DNA of 49,427 nt, taken from NCBI GenBank assembly GCA_032718475.1, contig JAUCBJ010006007.1, forward strand, positions 1 to 49,427, read 5' to 3'. Below, piece by piece: positions 36,900 through 47,488 of the stretch (positions are counted from its first letter, which is position 1; each line of letters begins with the position of its first letter). Position numbers and translations under genes: made by a program. The notes under the pieces were generated by a model. The model made no database searches. It worked only from the letters and a program-made list of their open reading frames with translations, and was not told where the DNA came from. The DNA is from Nemertoderma westbladi. Taxonomy: Eukaryota > Animalia > Xenacoelomorpha.

Positions 36900-37885
36900 C
36901 TACTAACTATACTAAATAAATATATACTAAATAAATATATACTAAACAAATATACTAAATAAATATATACTAAATAAATATACATTAAATAAATATACTA
37001 AATAAATATATATACGAAATAAATATACTAAATAAATATACTAAATAAATATATACTAAATATATATAAACAAAATAAATATACTATATATATATATACT
37101 AAATAAATATATACTAAATTAAATAAATATATACTAAATAAATATATACTAAATAAATATAAACAAAATAAATATACTATACAAATATATACTAAATATA
37201 TATATATACTAAATAAACATATTCTAAATAAATATATACTAAATAAATATATACTAACTAAATATAAACAAAATAAATATACTATATAAATATATACTAA
37301 ATATATTGTAATGGGCGGCTTATCTGCTTTAGCCTAAACCCCCCTCCCTCGAGTTCTCTAACGCATGTAGCACAAAAGCAGCAAAGCAGTAACGTCTTTA
37401 TGAATATATTAACATATTATACTGATATACAAATTACATCGATTATTATAGTTAGGACAGACACACAGGGTAAGGCGCACAACAACGGCCTACATCTGTA
37501 CATAAAATAGGCTACAGTATGGTAACTACCGGTACCTTCTTACAATATATATATACTAAATAAACATATTCTAAATAAATATATACTAAATAAATATATA
37601 CTAACTAAATATAAACAAAATAAATATACTAAATAAATATATACTAAATAAATATATACTAAATAAATATATACTAAATTAAATAAATATATACTAAATA
37701 AATATATACTAAATAAATATAAACAAAATAAATATACTATATAAATATATACTAAATATATATATATACTAAATAAATATATACTAAATAAATATATAGT
37801 AAATAAATATAAACAAAATAAATATACTATATAAATATATATTAAATAAATATATACGAAATAAATATATACTAAATAAATATAC
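36900..37885. repeat. AT-rich minisatellite (ACTAAATAAATATAT-like) next to the exon donor
   Basis: Directly visible; it explains the YLFSIYL tail of ORF 37540-38775. Confidence 0.9.
37307..37544. mobile_element. 238-bp solo LTR (Gypsy-like) with ATAT TSD
   Basis: ATAT|TGTAA...TTACA|ATAT interrupting the AT minisatellite. The TSD is low-complexity. Confidence 0.72.
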
Positions 37886-37889
37886 TCAC

Positions 37890-38734
37890 GTCCACTGAAT
37901 GATTTCGACTTGGATAAACCCGATGCTACAACCAATCCGTTAGGGGGCGTTCGAATAGCGGTGGAAGCATCTTTCGCTATAGAAGCTATCGTGTTGCCAA
38001 GGTAGCAGTTGTCACCCGCACGCGGCCGTTTACCTTTGTTCAGGGGATTTACCACCGGGATGATGCGGGAAACCGCGGCATCGTGACCAAGGGAAGACGC
38101 AGAATGGAGCGCAAGCGACTCCATATCCGTGTCGGAGCAATGGGTGTCTGTGTCGGCCACGGAGAACAGCACCGGCGTAGGATTGGTATCAGCGTGAAGT
38201 AATGGCATCTGATTGGTTAGGATATCCATAGACGTTGGCATCTGATTGGTTAGGATATCCATAGACGTTTGGCCAATCATCTCTTCGACGGGCATAGCAA
38301 GAAGTGCTTCCAGACTGGAGGAGGATGCGGGATGAATAGGTCCGTTGCTAAGCAGCGTATCCAAGGGACCAGCAGATGGAGCCGTCTGATTGGGCGCCGC
38401 CAGCAGAGAGTCCAACGCTTCCAGGTCAACTGTGAGGGCGTCCCAATGGGGGGGCGGGTTTGGGATCAGTTCCGGTGGCCGCAGTTCCGTGCCAAGTAGA
38501 CTGGGGGTGTCTGTGAGAGAGAGATTAGGGAAAGCGGATCCGGTACCAGGGCTGATGGCACTGTAGTCCCGTTGCACTGTCAGGGGGGATTTGCGACGCG
38601 ACTTGGCGGCGGGACGATTGGAAGGCGAGTTGAATGTGGCCGATTGGGCCAAGGCCGATTGCCCGCTGCCGTGCGATGTGCGATTAAGTATGTTGGGGGG
38701 AGAAGGAACTACGTGAGCTTCACTGTAATCCGAA
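37890..38734 (-). CDS. Ataxin-7-family gene, large low-complexity exon (845 nt)
   Basis: Acceptor TTACTTTCAG|T, donor C|GTGAGT. Phases 2/1 fit the neighbouring exons. GC-rich, open, S/P/T-rich frame. Confidence 0.8.
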
Positions 38735-38873
38735 CTGAAAGTAATTAATATAAAAATGTTAATCTTGGGTGACACTTTTAATTTCGAACTGCCAACCTCT
38801 AAACTTCTAAAACATTATTGATCACTGAAGCACCTTAAACTAACACATTCGCACAAACCTACAACTTTACATC

Positions 38874-39695
38874 TACAGCTATTTAAATATTCCACTAATT
38901 TAATAAAATTATTAGTTAATATATTAACTATATTTAAATAACTAAATATATTTTTAATTCTTAAACTATTTTCTAATTATCACCAGAAGAAATGGACTCA
39001 GCGTAATTTTTAGACCTTAGAACATTTCTTAATTATCGATTATAACAATTGGTTATTGATTATTGACATAACAAATATTAACCAATAGGAGATGGTTTAG
39101 CGCGAAATTCAAACTCAAATCTTTACCTGCATTTTTCTCATATGTGCTTATTATTTACTAAAAATCTAAAAAATCTCCTCCGCCATTTCTTAACGGATTT
39201 CGATTCTGTTTGTTGGACATTGTAGGTAAAGATTGTGTCTACAGAATAATGGAGCAGATTTTCAAAATTTTGCTGCAATCAAAAGTTATGACGTCACAAA
39301 TGTAATTTTTTCATAAAAGTTTTTTTTTCGAATAAATGACATTGATGACGTTATAACTTCTGACTGAGGCAAAATTTTGTAAATCCGGCCCATTATTCTG
39401 TAGACAGAATCCTCAGCTACAACCTCCCACAAAAAATTGAAATCTGTTAAGAAATGGCGGAGGAGATAGATTTTTAGTAAAGTATAAGCACATTTGATAA
39501 AAATGCAGGTAAACATTTGAGTTTGAATATCGCACTAAACCATCACCTATTGGTTAATATTTATTATGTAATAGTAAATGGTTTTGTTCAGAAGGAAAAT
39601 AGTTAAGAATTAAAAATATATTATTAGTTATTTAAATATAGTTAATATATTAACTAATAATTTTATTAAATTAGTGGAATATTTAAATAGCTGTA
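38874..39695. mobile_element. ~820-bp palindromic (foldback/MITE-like) element
   Basis: 38874-38972 mirrors 39595-39695, and 39073-39297 mirrors 39347-39562. Confidence 0.78.
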
Positions 39696-41177
39696 TCTCA
39701 AAAACTAAAAGTCGTATAGCGATGCAGATTCTACCATTAAAATCACCGTAAAATTTTGTATTAGATAAAATAATAATAAAATAATAAAAAACGTCCAATG
39801 TTATCCTTCTCGGTGAACCCCCCCCCCCCCCCCCCCCCATATTATCACTAACATGAGTACTCTGGTTACATATTGGATCACCCAGATATATTGCATGTTT
39901 ACTTTACTAACTGAGTTAGTAAAAAGTTATGTTTATTGTTTTGGTTAGCTGCGGTTTCGTTTCCGTTAATTTTAAAGTTTTTAAACCCACTAAACTATAA
40001 ACACATTATTGTTATTTGCGGACAATGTGCGCCATTAATTATATAATATTGTGTATTTTTATGATGGGGTGTGTTTGCACTCTGCAACGTAGAAAACATC
40101 CAGGAACCGTTACAATAAAATCTGAAAAGTTACTTTTATTTTTAAATTGTTACTTTTTCGCTCGAATATACCACAACATCGGGAAAAAAAGTTTCACTTT
40201 TTTTCCCTAGGGAAAAAAGTAATCAATAGGAATGCATTGATTTCAATTTTTTTCCCGGCGAAAAAGTAAAGTAAAATATTTTTGGTGGAATTTCTTAAAT
40301 GTTATTAAATATATTGAAAGAGCATCGACGTAGAAAAGGTTTGCAAGTAATTTGAGCAAAATCCATTCACACACTCAAAAGTTATTGCACCTTTAGTGTC
40401 TGCAAGGCGAATTCCAAAACGGAACTCAATATCCAATATTGGTTTAGGTAGTTAAGCAGCTCTCCAGTTACATAATAAATATTCGAGAACACAAAATTAT
40501 TGTAACATTGAGTAAGGCGGCATCAGGAGTTGAAGAGTAGAATAATTTGAATAGCAGTAACTATATATGGCTTTCTGCTTGTCAGTTCAACATCTTGAAG
40601 ATCATTCTCCCCAATAACACAACCATTACCAAAACAACAAACCTACTTTTCTATGGTTGCACCACATTCCCTAGCTAGGTTGTGCGAAACGTTTTTTAAG
40701 TTGCTTTTATTATCTCTATATTAATTTTTACAAAGCCAAAAAAAACAACAGATACTAAATGTAGTATTTCATGCTGACGCAGAACTTATAATATGTAATA
40801 TTTGAGCACCGCTATATTAGAAACCAAAAATAACTAAAAAATTGAAATACCAAAAAAAAATTGATTTTTTCTCTCTTCGAAACTTTTACCAAAGATACAC
40901 TTAGGGACCAAAAATGAATAAAACATCTGATAAAATTAACCTGTAACTGCCGCCATAGTGTAGATTTCAAAGAGGTGGAATTGTGTATGGCAGATTTCAT
41001 TTTTTCCTTTAAATTTCCGAAATTGCATTTTCAAAAATTTGTAAATAGTTTTTACTTTGATTCCTAAACTAGCATAACATTACATATTTTGTGAGGATTA
41101 CATATTGTCATTTTTGGTATCAGAATAATGTCACAAAATTTTAAGTTGCGGCCACACGACAATAACCGACCACAAAC

Positions 41178-41398
41178 CTGGAACGGCCGAAATTAGAACG
41201 ACTGGAATTCGTCGCAGACACGGAAGCACCACTAGATGGCATCATACTACTAGGCCTGTTAAGCCCAGCTGATTGCGTTGTTATATTCTGTTCCGATTCC
41301 AACCGCTCGATGGCATCCATTAAAGCCGAGTGGACAATATCCATACCGCGACTGTAGGCGAAGTTACGGCCACGCATTCGGGCAGAGAAAGTACACAT
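41178..41398 (-). CDS. ATXN7: Ataxin-7-family exon carrying the conserved C-terminal block
   Basis: Acceptor ATATGCAG|ATG, donor AG|GTTTGT. MCTFSARMRGRNFAYSRGMDIVHSALMDAIER resembles my recollection of ATXN7 FCTFGSRQIGRGYYVFDSRWNRLRCALNLMVEK. Confidence 0.85.
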
Positions 41399-41491
41399 CT
41401 GCATATAAAGTAGACATCAGTAATAGAAGTAGAAACAACAAAATAAAGTAGACAGTATAGACAATACGAAGAGAGTATAAATATACACGAA

Positions 41492-41997
41492 GTGGGGACT
41501 TCGCGCAGCACGAAGTTGGCAGAGCCTTAGCGAATTGACACTGTTAGGGGGTAGGTCAATTTATGCAAATAGTCACGTTGGCCCTCTAGCGGCAGACTGG
41601 AGAACTGCAGATGGATTCGCCTCCTTTGAAAGTCACAGCTAATGGTCTAATACATATCTGCCAAGTTTCAGCTTAAACGGATTAAAAGCAAAGAAATGGG
41701 AGGGCATTTAATGTTTAGACATGTGGCCCTCTAGCGGGAGACCATTGCACTGATGGTGTCTGAAAGTCTCTCAAAAATCTCAACTTTTGCTCATATTGAT
41801 ACCTACAAATTTTCAACTTGGCAGCTTTAAATCCGACAAAGTTATTAGCATGTCAAAATCGTAACGACGACGACGACGACAACGACGACGACGACGACAA
41901 CGACGACGACGACGACGACAACTATTTGCATAAATTGACCCACCCCCTAACAGTGTCAATTCGCTAAGGCTCCGCCAACTTCGTGGCTCGCCCCACA
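41492..41997. mobile_element. Short interspersed element with ~65-bp subterminal inverted repeats, a (CGA)n tract and a 3' GTGG..CCAC palindrome (Helentron/HINE-like or MITE)
   Basis: CACGAAGTTGGCAGAGCCTTAGCGAATTGACACTGTTAGGGGGT...GCAAATAGT mirrors 41921-41985. (CGA)n at 41865-41920. A similar 3' end occurs at ~10160-10192. Confidence 0.72.
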
Positions 41998-42561
41998 TAG
42001 AAAGTAAACATCAAGCGTACAATTATATAGAAATAAGATATTATCTACTTTGAATGTAGAATGTGTAATTGAAGACAGTCTTCTCGATAGAAGTGGGCTA
42101 AATAAGAAAGCAATGTGTCAGGGGAAAGTGACTGTGGTTAGCTCAACGGATGAGGCCAAATAAGACGAAACGCGTAGAGTGGTGGTTAGAGGTTCAACCG
42201 CCTGGAAACTTCCGAAATTTTTTGATTTCTGAACAAAATCATATTGAAATGTCATCTATGTATAGAAATCATGCATATGTAAAGAAAGTAGATATATTTT
42301 TTAGAAAATTGACAACGACAATGACAATACAGAAGTACAAATGTAGATTAGACATCTACAAAAAGTAGATATAACATAACTTAAACAAAATTGGTACTTT
42401 GTGGAAATATAACATTTGAATTATTGTGCAATTATACATTTACTACTTAACACTATACTTATAAAGCAACACACTGCAATGGGACAGGGGTGGTTTTAAA
42501 CTTATAAATAACTTAATGCATTCAGACAGGGAGGTTTGGCACATATAAAATAACTTAGCTC

Positions 42562-42826
42562 CACTGCCGAGGATACGAAATCTCTGGATGGCACATTCAC
42601 AAGAATGCTGCGCCGGGTTCATTGTGCCAAGTACAATGCACACATCTCCAATCAGACTCAACACAATATTGGAGGTGTTTGTTTCAATAATCTCCCCTAG
42701 TTTGACACTTGAACGGAACCGCCTCCGCTTTGTAGGACATTGCTTTCGCCGTGAGGACCAGACAGTGCATAATCTTGTGCTCTGGCGGTCTCATGGAGCG
42801 AATAAGCATGGTATGGGGGACAGCCA
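42562..42826 (+). mobile_element. Internal fragment of RTE family B, diverged
   Basis: AAATCTCTGGATGGCACATTCACAAGAATGCT...; encodes SLTLERNRLRFVGHCFRREDQTVHNLVLW. No 3' tail. Confidence 0.85.
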
Positions 42827-42828
42827 AT

Positions 42829-43336
42829 AGGACGGGGTGGATTGGCACATTAAAATAACTTACTGCACTGGGACGGGGTGGTTCGGCACATTAAAATAAC
42901 TTACCGCACTAGGACGGGGTGGTTCGGCACATTAAAATAACTTACTGCACTGGGACGGGATGGTTCGGCACATTAAAATAACTTAATGCACTGGGACGGG
43001 TGGTTCGGCACATTAAAATAACTTACTACACTGGGACGGGTGGTTCGGCACATTAAAATAACTTACTGCACTAGGACGGGGTGGTTCGGCACATTAAAAT
43101 AACTTACTGCACTGGGACGGGATGGTTCGGCACATTAAAATAACTTAATGCACTGGGACGGGTGGTTCGGCACATTAAAATAACTTACTACACTGGGACG
43201 GGTGGTTCGGCACATTAAAATAACTTACTGCACTGGGACGGGATGGTTCGGCACATTAAAATAACTTACCGCACTGGGGTGGGATGGTTTGGCACATTAA
43301 AATAACTTACTGCACTGGGACGGGGGTGGTTCGGCA
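42829..43336 (-). repeat. 40-41-bp VNTR (~12 copies) derived from the exon end plus the 5' splice site
   Basis: Minus-strand unit GTGCCGAACCATCCCGTCCCAGTGCA|GTAAGTTATTTTAAT. Two degenerate copies at ~42470-42557. Confidence 0.93.
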
Positions 43337-43437
43337 CTCTGTGACAATCATTCCGAGTGGCTGTAGCGGAAGTGGCCGTGTTGCTGATAGAAGCGACTCC
43401 AGTCCGACTAATTGGTTTTGGGATTGCTTGGAATGCA
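43311..43437 (-). CDS. ATXN7: Ataxin-7-family exon (127 nt)
   Basis: Acceptor TTCTATTTCAG|T, donor GCA|GTAAGT, phases 2/0. Ends VPNHPRPSA, which joins the next exon to give HPRPSAMCTF (ATXN7 HPQPASFCTF). Confidence 0.85.
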
Positions 43438-43796
43438 CTGAAATAGAATGGTGGACAGACGGTCTCAACAGCCAACTAATTGTTAATTTATTTAAAAAAA
43501 CTAATTGTTTAATTATTTGAATGTCCAAATAAATTAATTAGTTTCGAATGTTCAAAAAGAACTACTCAAAGAACAAACTTAATGAGGTTGTTCTAGTAAA
43601 AAATACATTATTAAACTGAAAAGTATAACACAAAGATCATTCTTACATTGTCATAAATTAGAAAAACTCAATGAATAAAGTTAGACACGCCAGGAACAAC
43701 TCCCCAAACTAGCAGCAACAGGATGTATTAGGATGATATTAAATCATATAAAATAATCATATAAATGAATAAATAAGATTATATTTAACGTCAAAC

Positions 43797-44092
43797 CTTT
43801 TAGCGCTGCGATCCAAACTTATTTTACTGGAATTGGCAGCAAACGCAATTGGATCCATAGCGATTCCTTTTATTCTGGAATGTTCTAGAACTTGGGTACC
43901 GCGGTCCCGGGAGTTTAACCTTGGGGTATGCGTGGGCGGTGGGGTTGAGGTTATATCGAAGTGCTGGTTGGGTGGTTGTTGGGTTGATGGAGTTTGGGAA
44001 GAGTCTTGTTTATTGGCCTTGAGAGCGGAAATCAATAAGTCGAACAATTTGGTTCGTCCAATCACAGAGCGTTTGGATTCCATCGAATGTTT
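43797..44092 (-). CDS. ATXN7: Ataxin-7-family exon, second half of the SCA7 domain
   Basis: Acceptor TTTTGTTACAG|AAA, donor AG|GTTTGA. KHSMESKRSVIGRTKLFDLLI resembles THSLTQRRAVQGRRKRFDVLL. Confidence 0.88.
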
Positions 44093-44252
44093 CTGTAACA
44101 AAATTGCAAATCATTAATAACTTTGAACTCCATCGAATGTTTCTTGTGACCCGAGTTTATTTATGTACCGAGCGAGCGCAGCGAGGGAGATCTACATAAA
44201 TAAAGGGTCTTTAACGCTGAAATGCGACCGACATTTTCTTACATTATGTTAA

Positions 44253-45120
44253 CCCTATTACCACTGGGGTGTTTAGACCATTAGCAGCACTGGCGGGAGG
44301 TCGATTTGGCCCCGCCGCTGTATTTAAGTAATCATCCAATAAAATCCTACGAAATTTGGGCTGTAGGTGAAAAAATTATCGAAGAACATTTTCAAATCCA
44401 AAAAAATGAAAATTTCATAAGGTGGGTATAATAATTTTCATGAAAAATAGAAGTAGTCCCAGGACAAAATACAAATTGTTTTGATATTCTAAAAACTGAT
44501 AGTGTGGCATTGTTGGCTAGCATTATTAGTACCTTTTTCACTATGCTGAATCGAATGTGATTATATTCCATTTCCGAAAATTGAACTGGATGCTATTTTT
44601 CGTGCACCTAAGAAGTGGGCGTGGCACTTCAAATTTTGAAAAATACGATATTCGGAAAATACCCCCTATCTTTCGATTTCAACGCGTTTTCATAGGTTTT
44701 CTGGACCGCTGAATCGATTGAAAATATTATCGAAGCCTCTAGACTTAGTTGCAAAGTGCTAAAAAATAACTCGCTGTTAATACTAACGGCGTTGAGTAAT
44801 GTTACAATTTTGGAATATAATAAATAGTAAACAAGATTTTCTTTCCATGTTATAAAAAATAAGTACCAAAAAGTAACAAATTAAAAAAAATGACGTATTG
44901 CAATATGGGAAAAAGGTATAATTTGTTCAGGAGGTATTTTATTTAATGAACGCCCCTCAAAGTTCGAGTAATTATTGAAAAAAAGTTTTTTCCCATATCA
45001 TGATCACAGAGCCAGAACAACAATTACCAACATTTTTCAAAAAAGTTTTTTTCAGCGAAATGACGTTTTGCATCATATGTTAAAATCCTAGAGCCATATT
45101 CTAGAAGATATTGATACCGG
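44253..45120. mobile_element. Left end of a piggyBac-like non-autonomous element; right end not identified
   Basis: TTAA|CCCTATTA at 44249 is the same terminus as the element at 13670. The right boundary is a guess. Confidence 0.35.
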
Positions 45121-45207
45121 ATGCACATGTATTGTTATGCCTCTCTTTGCTCAAACCTACAACCAATAGATTGTATTGCGGGTCGGCGCTCTACCTACTG
45201 AGCTACT

Positions 45208-45330
45208 ATTGTGTATAATATTATCTCACTTCGGTCCTTAGTTTCAATATTTCACTCACTCGCTTCGCTCGTTCGTGCAGATATTGACATTCGGGACCGG
45301 CGTGAGATAAAGTCCTACATTATACACAAT
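45208..45330. repeat. ~120-bp hairpin mini-element with a CGCTTCGCTCG loop
   Basis: ATTGTGTATAAT..TTATCTCAC..CGGTCC..TCAATAT pairs with ATATTGA..GGACCG..GTGAGATAA..ATTATACACAAT. Confidence 0.7.
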
Positions 45331-45688
45331 ATAATAAATAGTTATTATTCATTCCACACCATTGCCCTTTCAAGCTATTTATAAAGCATATACCAACATT
45401 GTTTCAGTAAAGATTAGACTTTTTCATACCGTCTATAAAAATACATGCGACACAAAGGAAACAAATACAATTATTTGCGAATATGGACCGGTATCTTGAG
45501 AAACAATATTTATGTTATAATACAATATGCTAAATTTATAAGCAATATTTATAAAATAGTTAAATATAATACAGGAGAGTATAATAAAATAAAATTGAGT
45601 CGACTCTGGGACAATTAATTGCAATAACAATTAACTTACCGCGTTAAATGTAAACATAATTATACACATCTAGGATTGCGACTCCTAC

Positions 45689-45814
45689 CTTGCATAGTAA
45701 TGAGCGCATACAAGGTCTGCCATCAGCCGTCGCAACGGCGCAATGTCTATCGGGATCCAGATGTTTCGACTTGAGTGGGACGATGTGACGGAAATTAGAA
45801 GATCCAACAATCGG
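45689..45814 (-). CDS. ATXN7: Ataxin-7-family exon, first half of the SCA7 zinc-binding domain; upstream exons not found
   Basis: Acceptor TCTCTTTCAG|CCG, donor AAG|GTAGGA, 126 nt, phase 0/0. LDPDRHCAVATADGRPCMRSLLCK resembles ATXN7 FDPDIHCGVIDLDTKKPCTRSLTCK. Confidence 0.9.
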
Positions 45815-45999
45815 CTGAAAGAGAAATGAAACCAACGTCGCCCATCAATAGTAAATACAATTCTTAGCACTGTAACATCGTATTATTGTCATTCCCTCTG
45901 ACTGTCTGACTTGTCTGACTATAATTAATGACCTACTATATCGTTGTAAATTAAATTATTCAATTATGAACTTAATATGATTTCACTTCCTCTTAAAAA

Positions 46000-47039
46000 G
46001 TTACACGTACTATAGTTCAGTGTTGGTTACACGTACTGTAGTTCAGTGTTGGTTACACGTACTATAGTTCAGTGTTGGTTACACGTACTGTAGTTCAGTG
46101 TTGGTTACACGTACTATAGTTCAGTGTTGGTTACACGTACTGTAGATCAGTGTTGGTTACACGTACTGTAGTTCAGTGTTGGTTACACGTACTGTAGTTT
46201 AGTGTTGGTAAACGTACTGTAGTTCAGTGTTGGTTACACGTACTGTAGTTCAGTGTTGGTTACACGTACTGTAGTTCAGTGTTGGTTACACGTACTGTAG
46301 TTCAGTGTTGGTTACACGTACTGTAGTTCAGTGTTGGTTACACGTATTGTAGTTCAGTGTTGGTTACACGTACTGTAGTTCAGTGTTGGTTACACGTACT
46401 GTAGTTCAGTGTTGGTTACACGTACTGTAGTTCAGTGTTGGTTACACGTACTGTAGTTCAGTGTTGGTTACACGTACTGTAGTTCAGTGTTGGTTACACG
46501 TACTGTAGTTCAGTGTTGGTTACACGTACTGTAGTTTAGTGTTGGTTACACGTACTGTAGTTCAGTGTTGGTTAGACGTACTGTAGTTCAGTGTTGGTTA
46601 CACGTACTGTAGTTCAGTGTTGGTTACACGTACTGTAGTTCAGTGTTGGTTACACGTACTGTAGTTCAGTGTTGGTTACACGTACTGTAGTTCAGTGTTG
46701 GTTACACGTACTGTAGTTCAGTGTTGGTTACACGTACTGTAGTTCAGTGTTGGTTACACGTACTGTAGTTCAGTGTTGGTTACACGTACTGTAGTTCAGT
46801 GTTGGTTACACGTACTGTAGTTCAGTGTTGGTTACACGTACTGTAGTTCAGTGTTGGTTACACGTACTATAGTTCAGTGTTGGTTACACGTACTGTAGTT
46901 CAGTGTTGGTTACACGTACTGTAGTTCAGTGTTGGTTACACGTACTGTAGTTCAGTGTTGGTTACACGTACTGTAGTTCAGTGTTGGTTACACGTACTGT
47001 AGTTCAGTGTTGGTTACACGTACTGTAGTTCAGTGTTGG
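46000..47039 (+). repeat. 26-bp satellite (GTTACACGTACTGTAGTTCAGTGTTG), ~40 near-identical copies
   Basis: Period 26 (TTACAC at 46001, 46027, ...) with very few variants. Confidence 0.97.
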
Positions 47040-47048
47040 ACTTGGAAG

Positions 47049-47488
47049 CCATCAAACACCCAGAAATGTCGAAATATTTTGCCATTTTTGGAATCGGAGC
47101 CGAAAATTTGCCTATAGGTACCAAAACCGCAAAAGAAGATAATTTTTTTAATTTAAAAAACTTTTGTTGTAATCAGGAGGAAATTTAAAACACGTTTTTC
47201 TCGGTTTATAATTTATTTCACATAATTCCCTACTAGTTCTGTAATTTTTAACCGATTTTAATTCTGTTTGCGTTTTTTCGAAGCTCATGGTGTCGCCAAC
47301 AAACGATACTACTAGATGTATTTTTATGAATTATATCAAAAGTTACAGCATTTAAAATATCAAAATATGCTATTTTTTTTTTAATTTTTCAAAAATTATC
47401 TTCTTTTGCAGTTTTGATACCTATAGGCTAATTTTCGGCACTATTCCGACAATGGCAAAATATTTTCACATTTATGGGTGTTTGATGG
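47049..47488. repeat. Inverted repeat with ~100-bp arms (part of a MITE-like element)
   Basis: CCATCAAACACCCA...GCAAAAGAAGATAATTTTT mirrors AAAAATTATCTTCTTTTGC...TGGGTGTTTGATGG. Confidence 0.72.

Noticed and set aside
31068-36919. The many 68-130 aa ORFs (MASVTRALSK...)
   Set aside because: They are by-products of a 3n+1 repeat unit with occasional loss of the TAA codon.
37540-37889. Hydrophobic YLFSIYL tail of the 411-aa ORF as a transmembrane region
   Set aside because: It is read-through into an AT minisatellite beyond a good GTGAGT donor at 37889.
41813-41998. Arg-rich ORF (RRRRRCRRRR) as a protamine-like gene
   Set aside because: It is the translation of a (CGA)n microsatellite inside an interspersed repeat.
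43307-43528. Alternative frame (RPSVHHS...PVPVQ) for the 43.3-kb exon
   Set aside because: Only the HPRPSA frame reconstitutes the conserved ataxin-7 motif and keeps splice phases consistent.
46000-47039. Telomeric or CRISPR repeat
   Set aside because: The 26-bp unit has no spacers and no TTAGGG-like motif, and it is internal to an intron.
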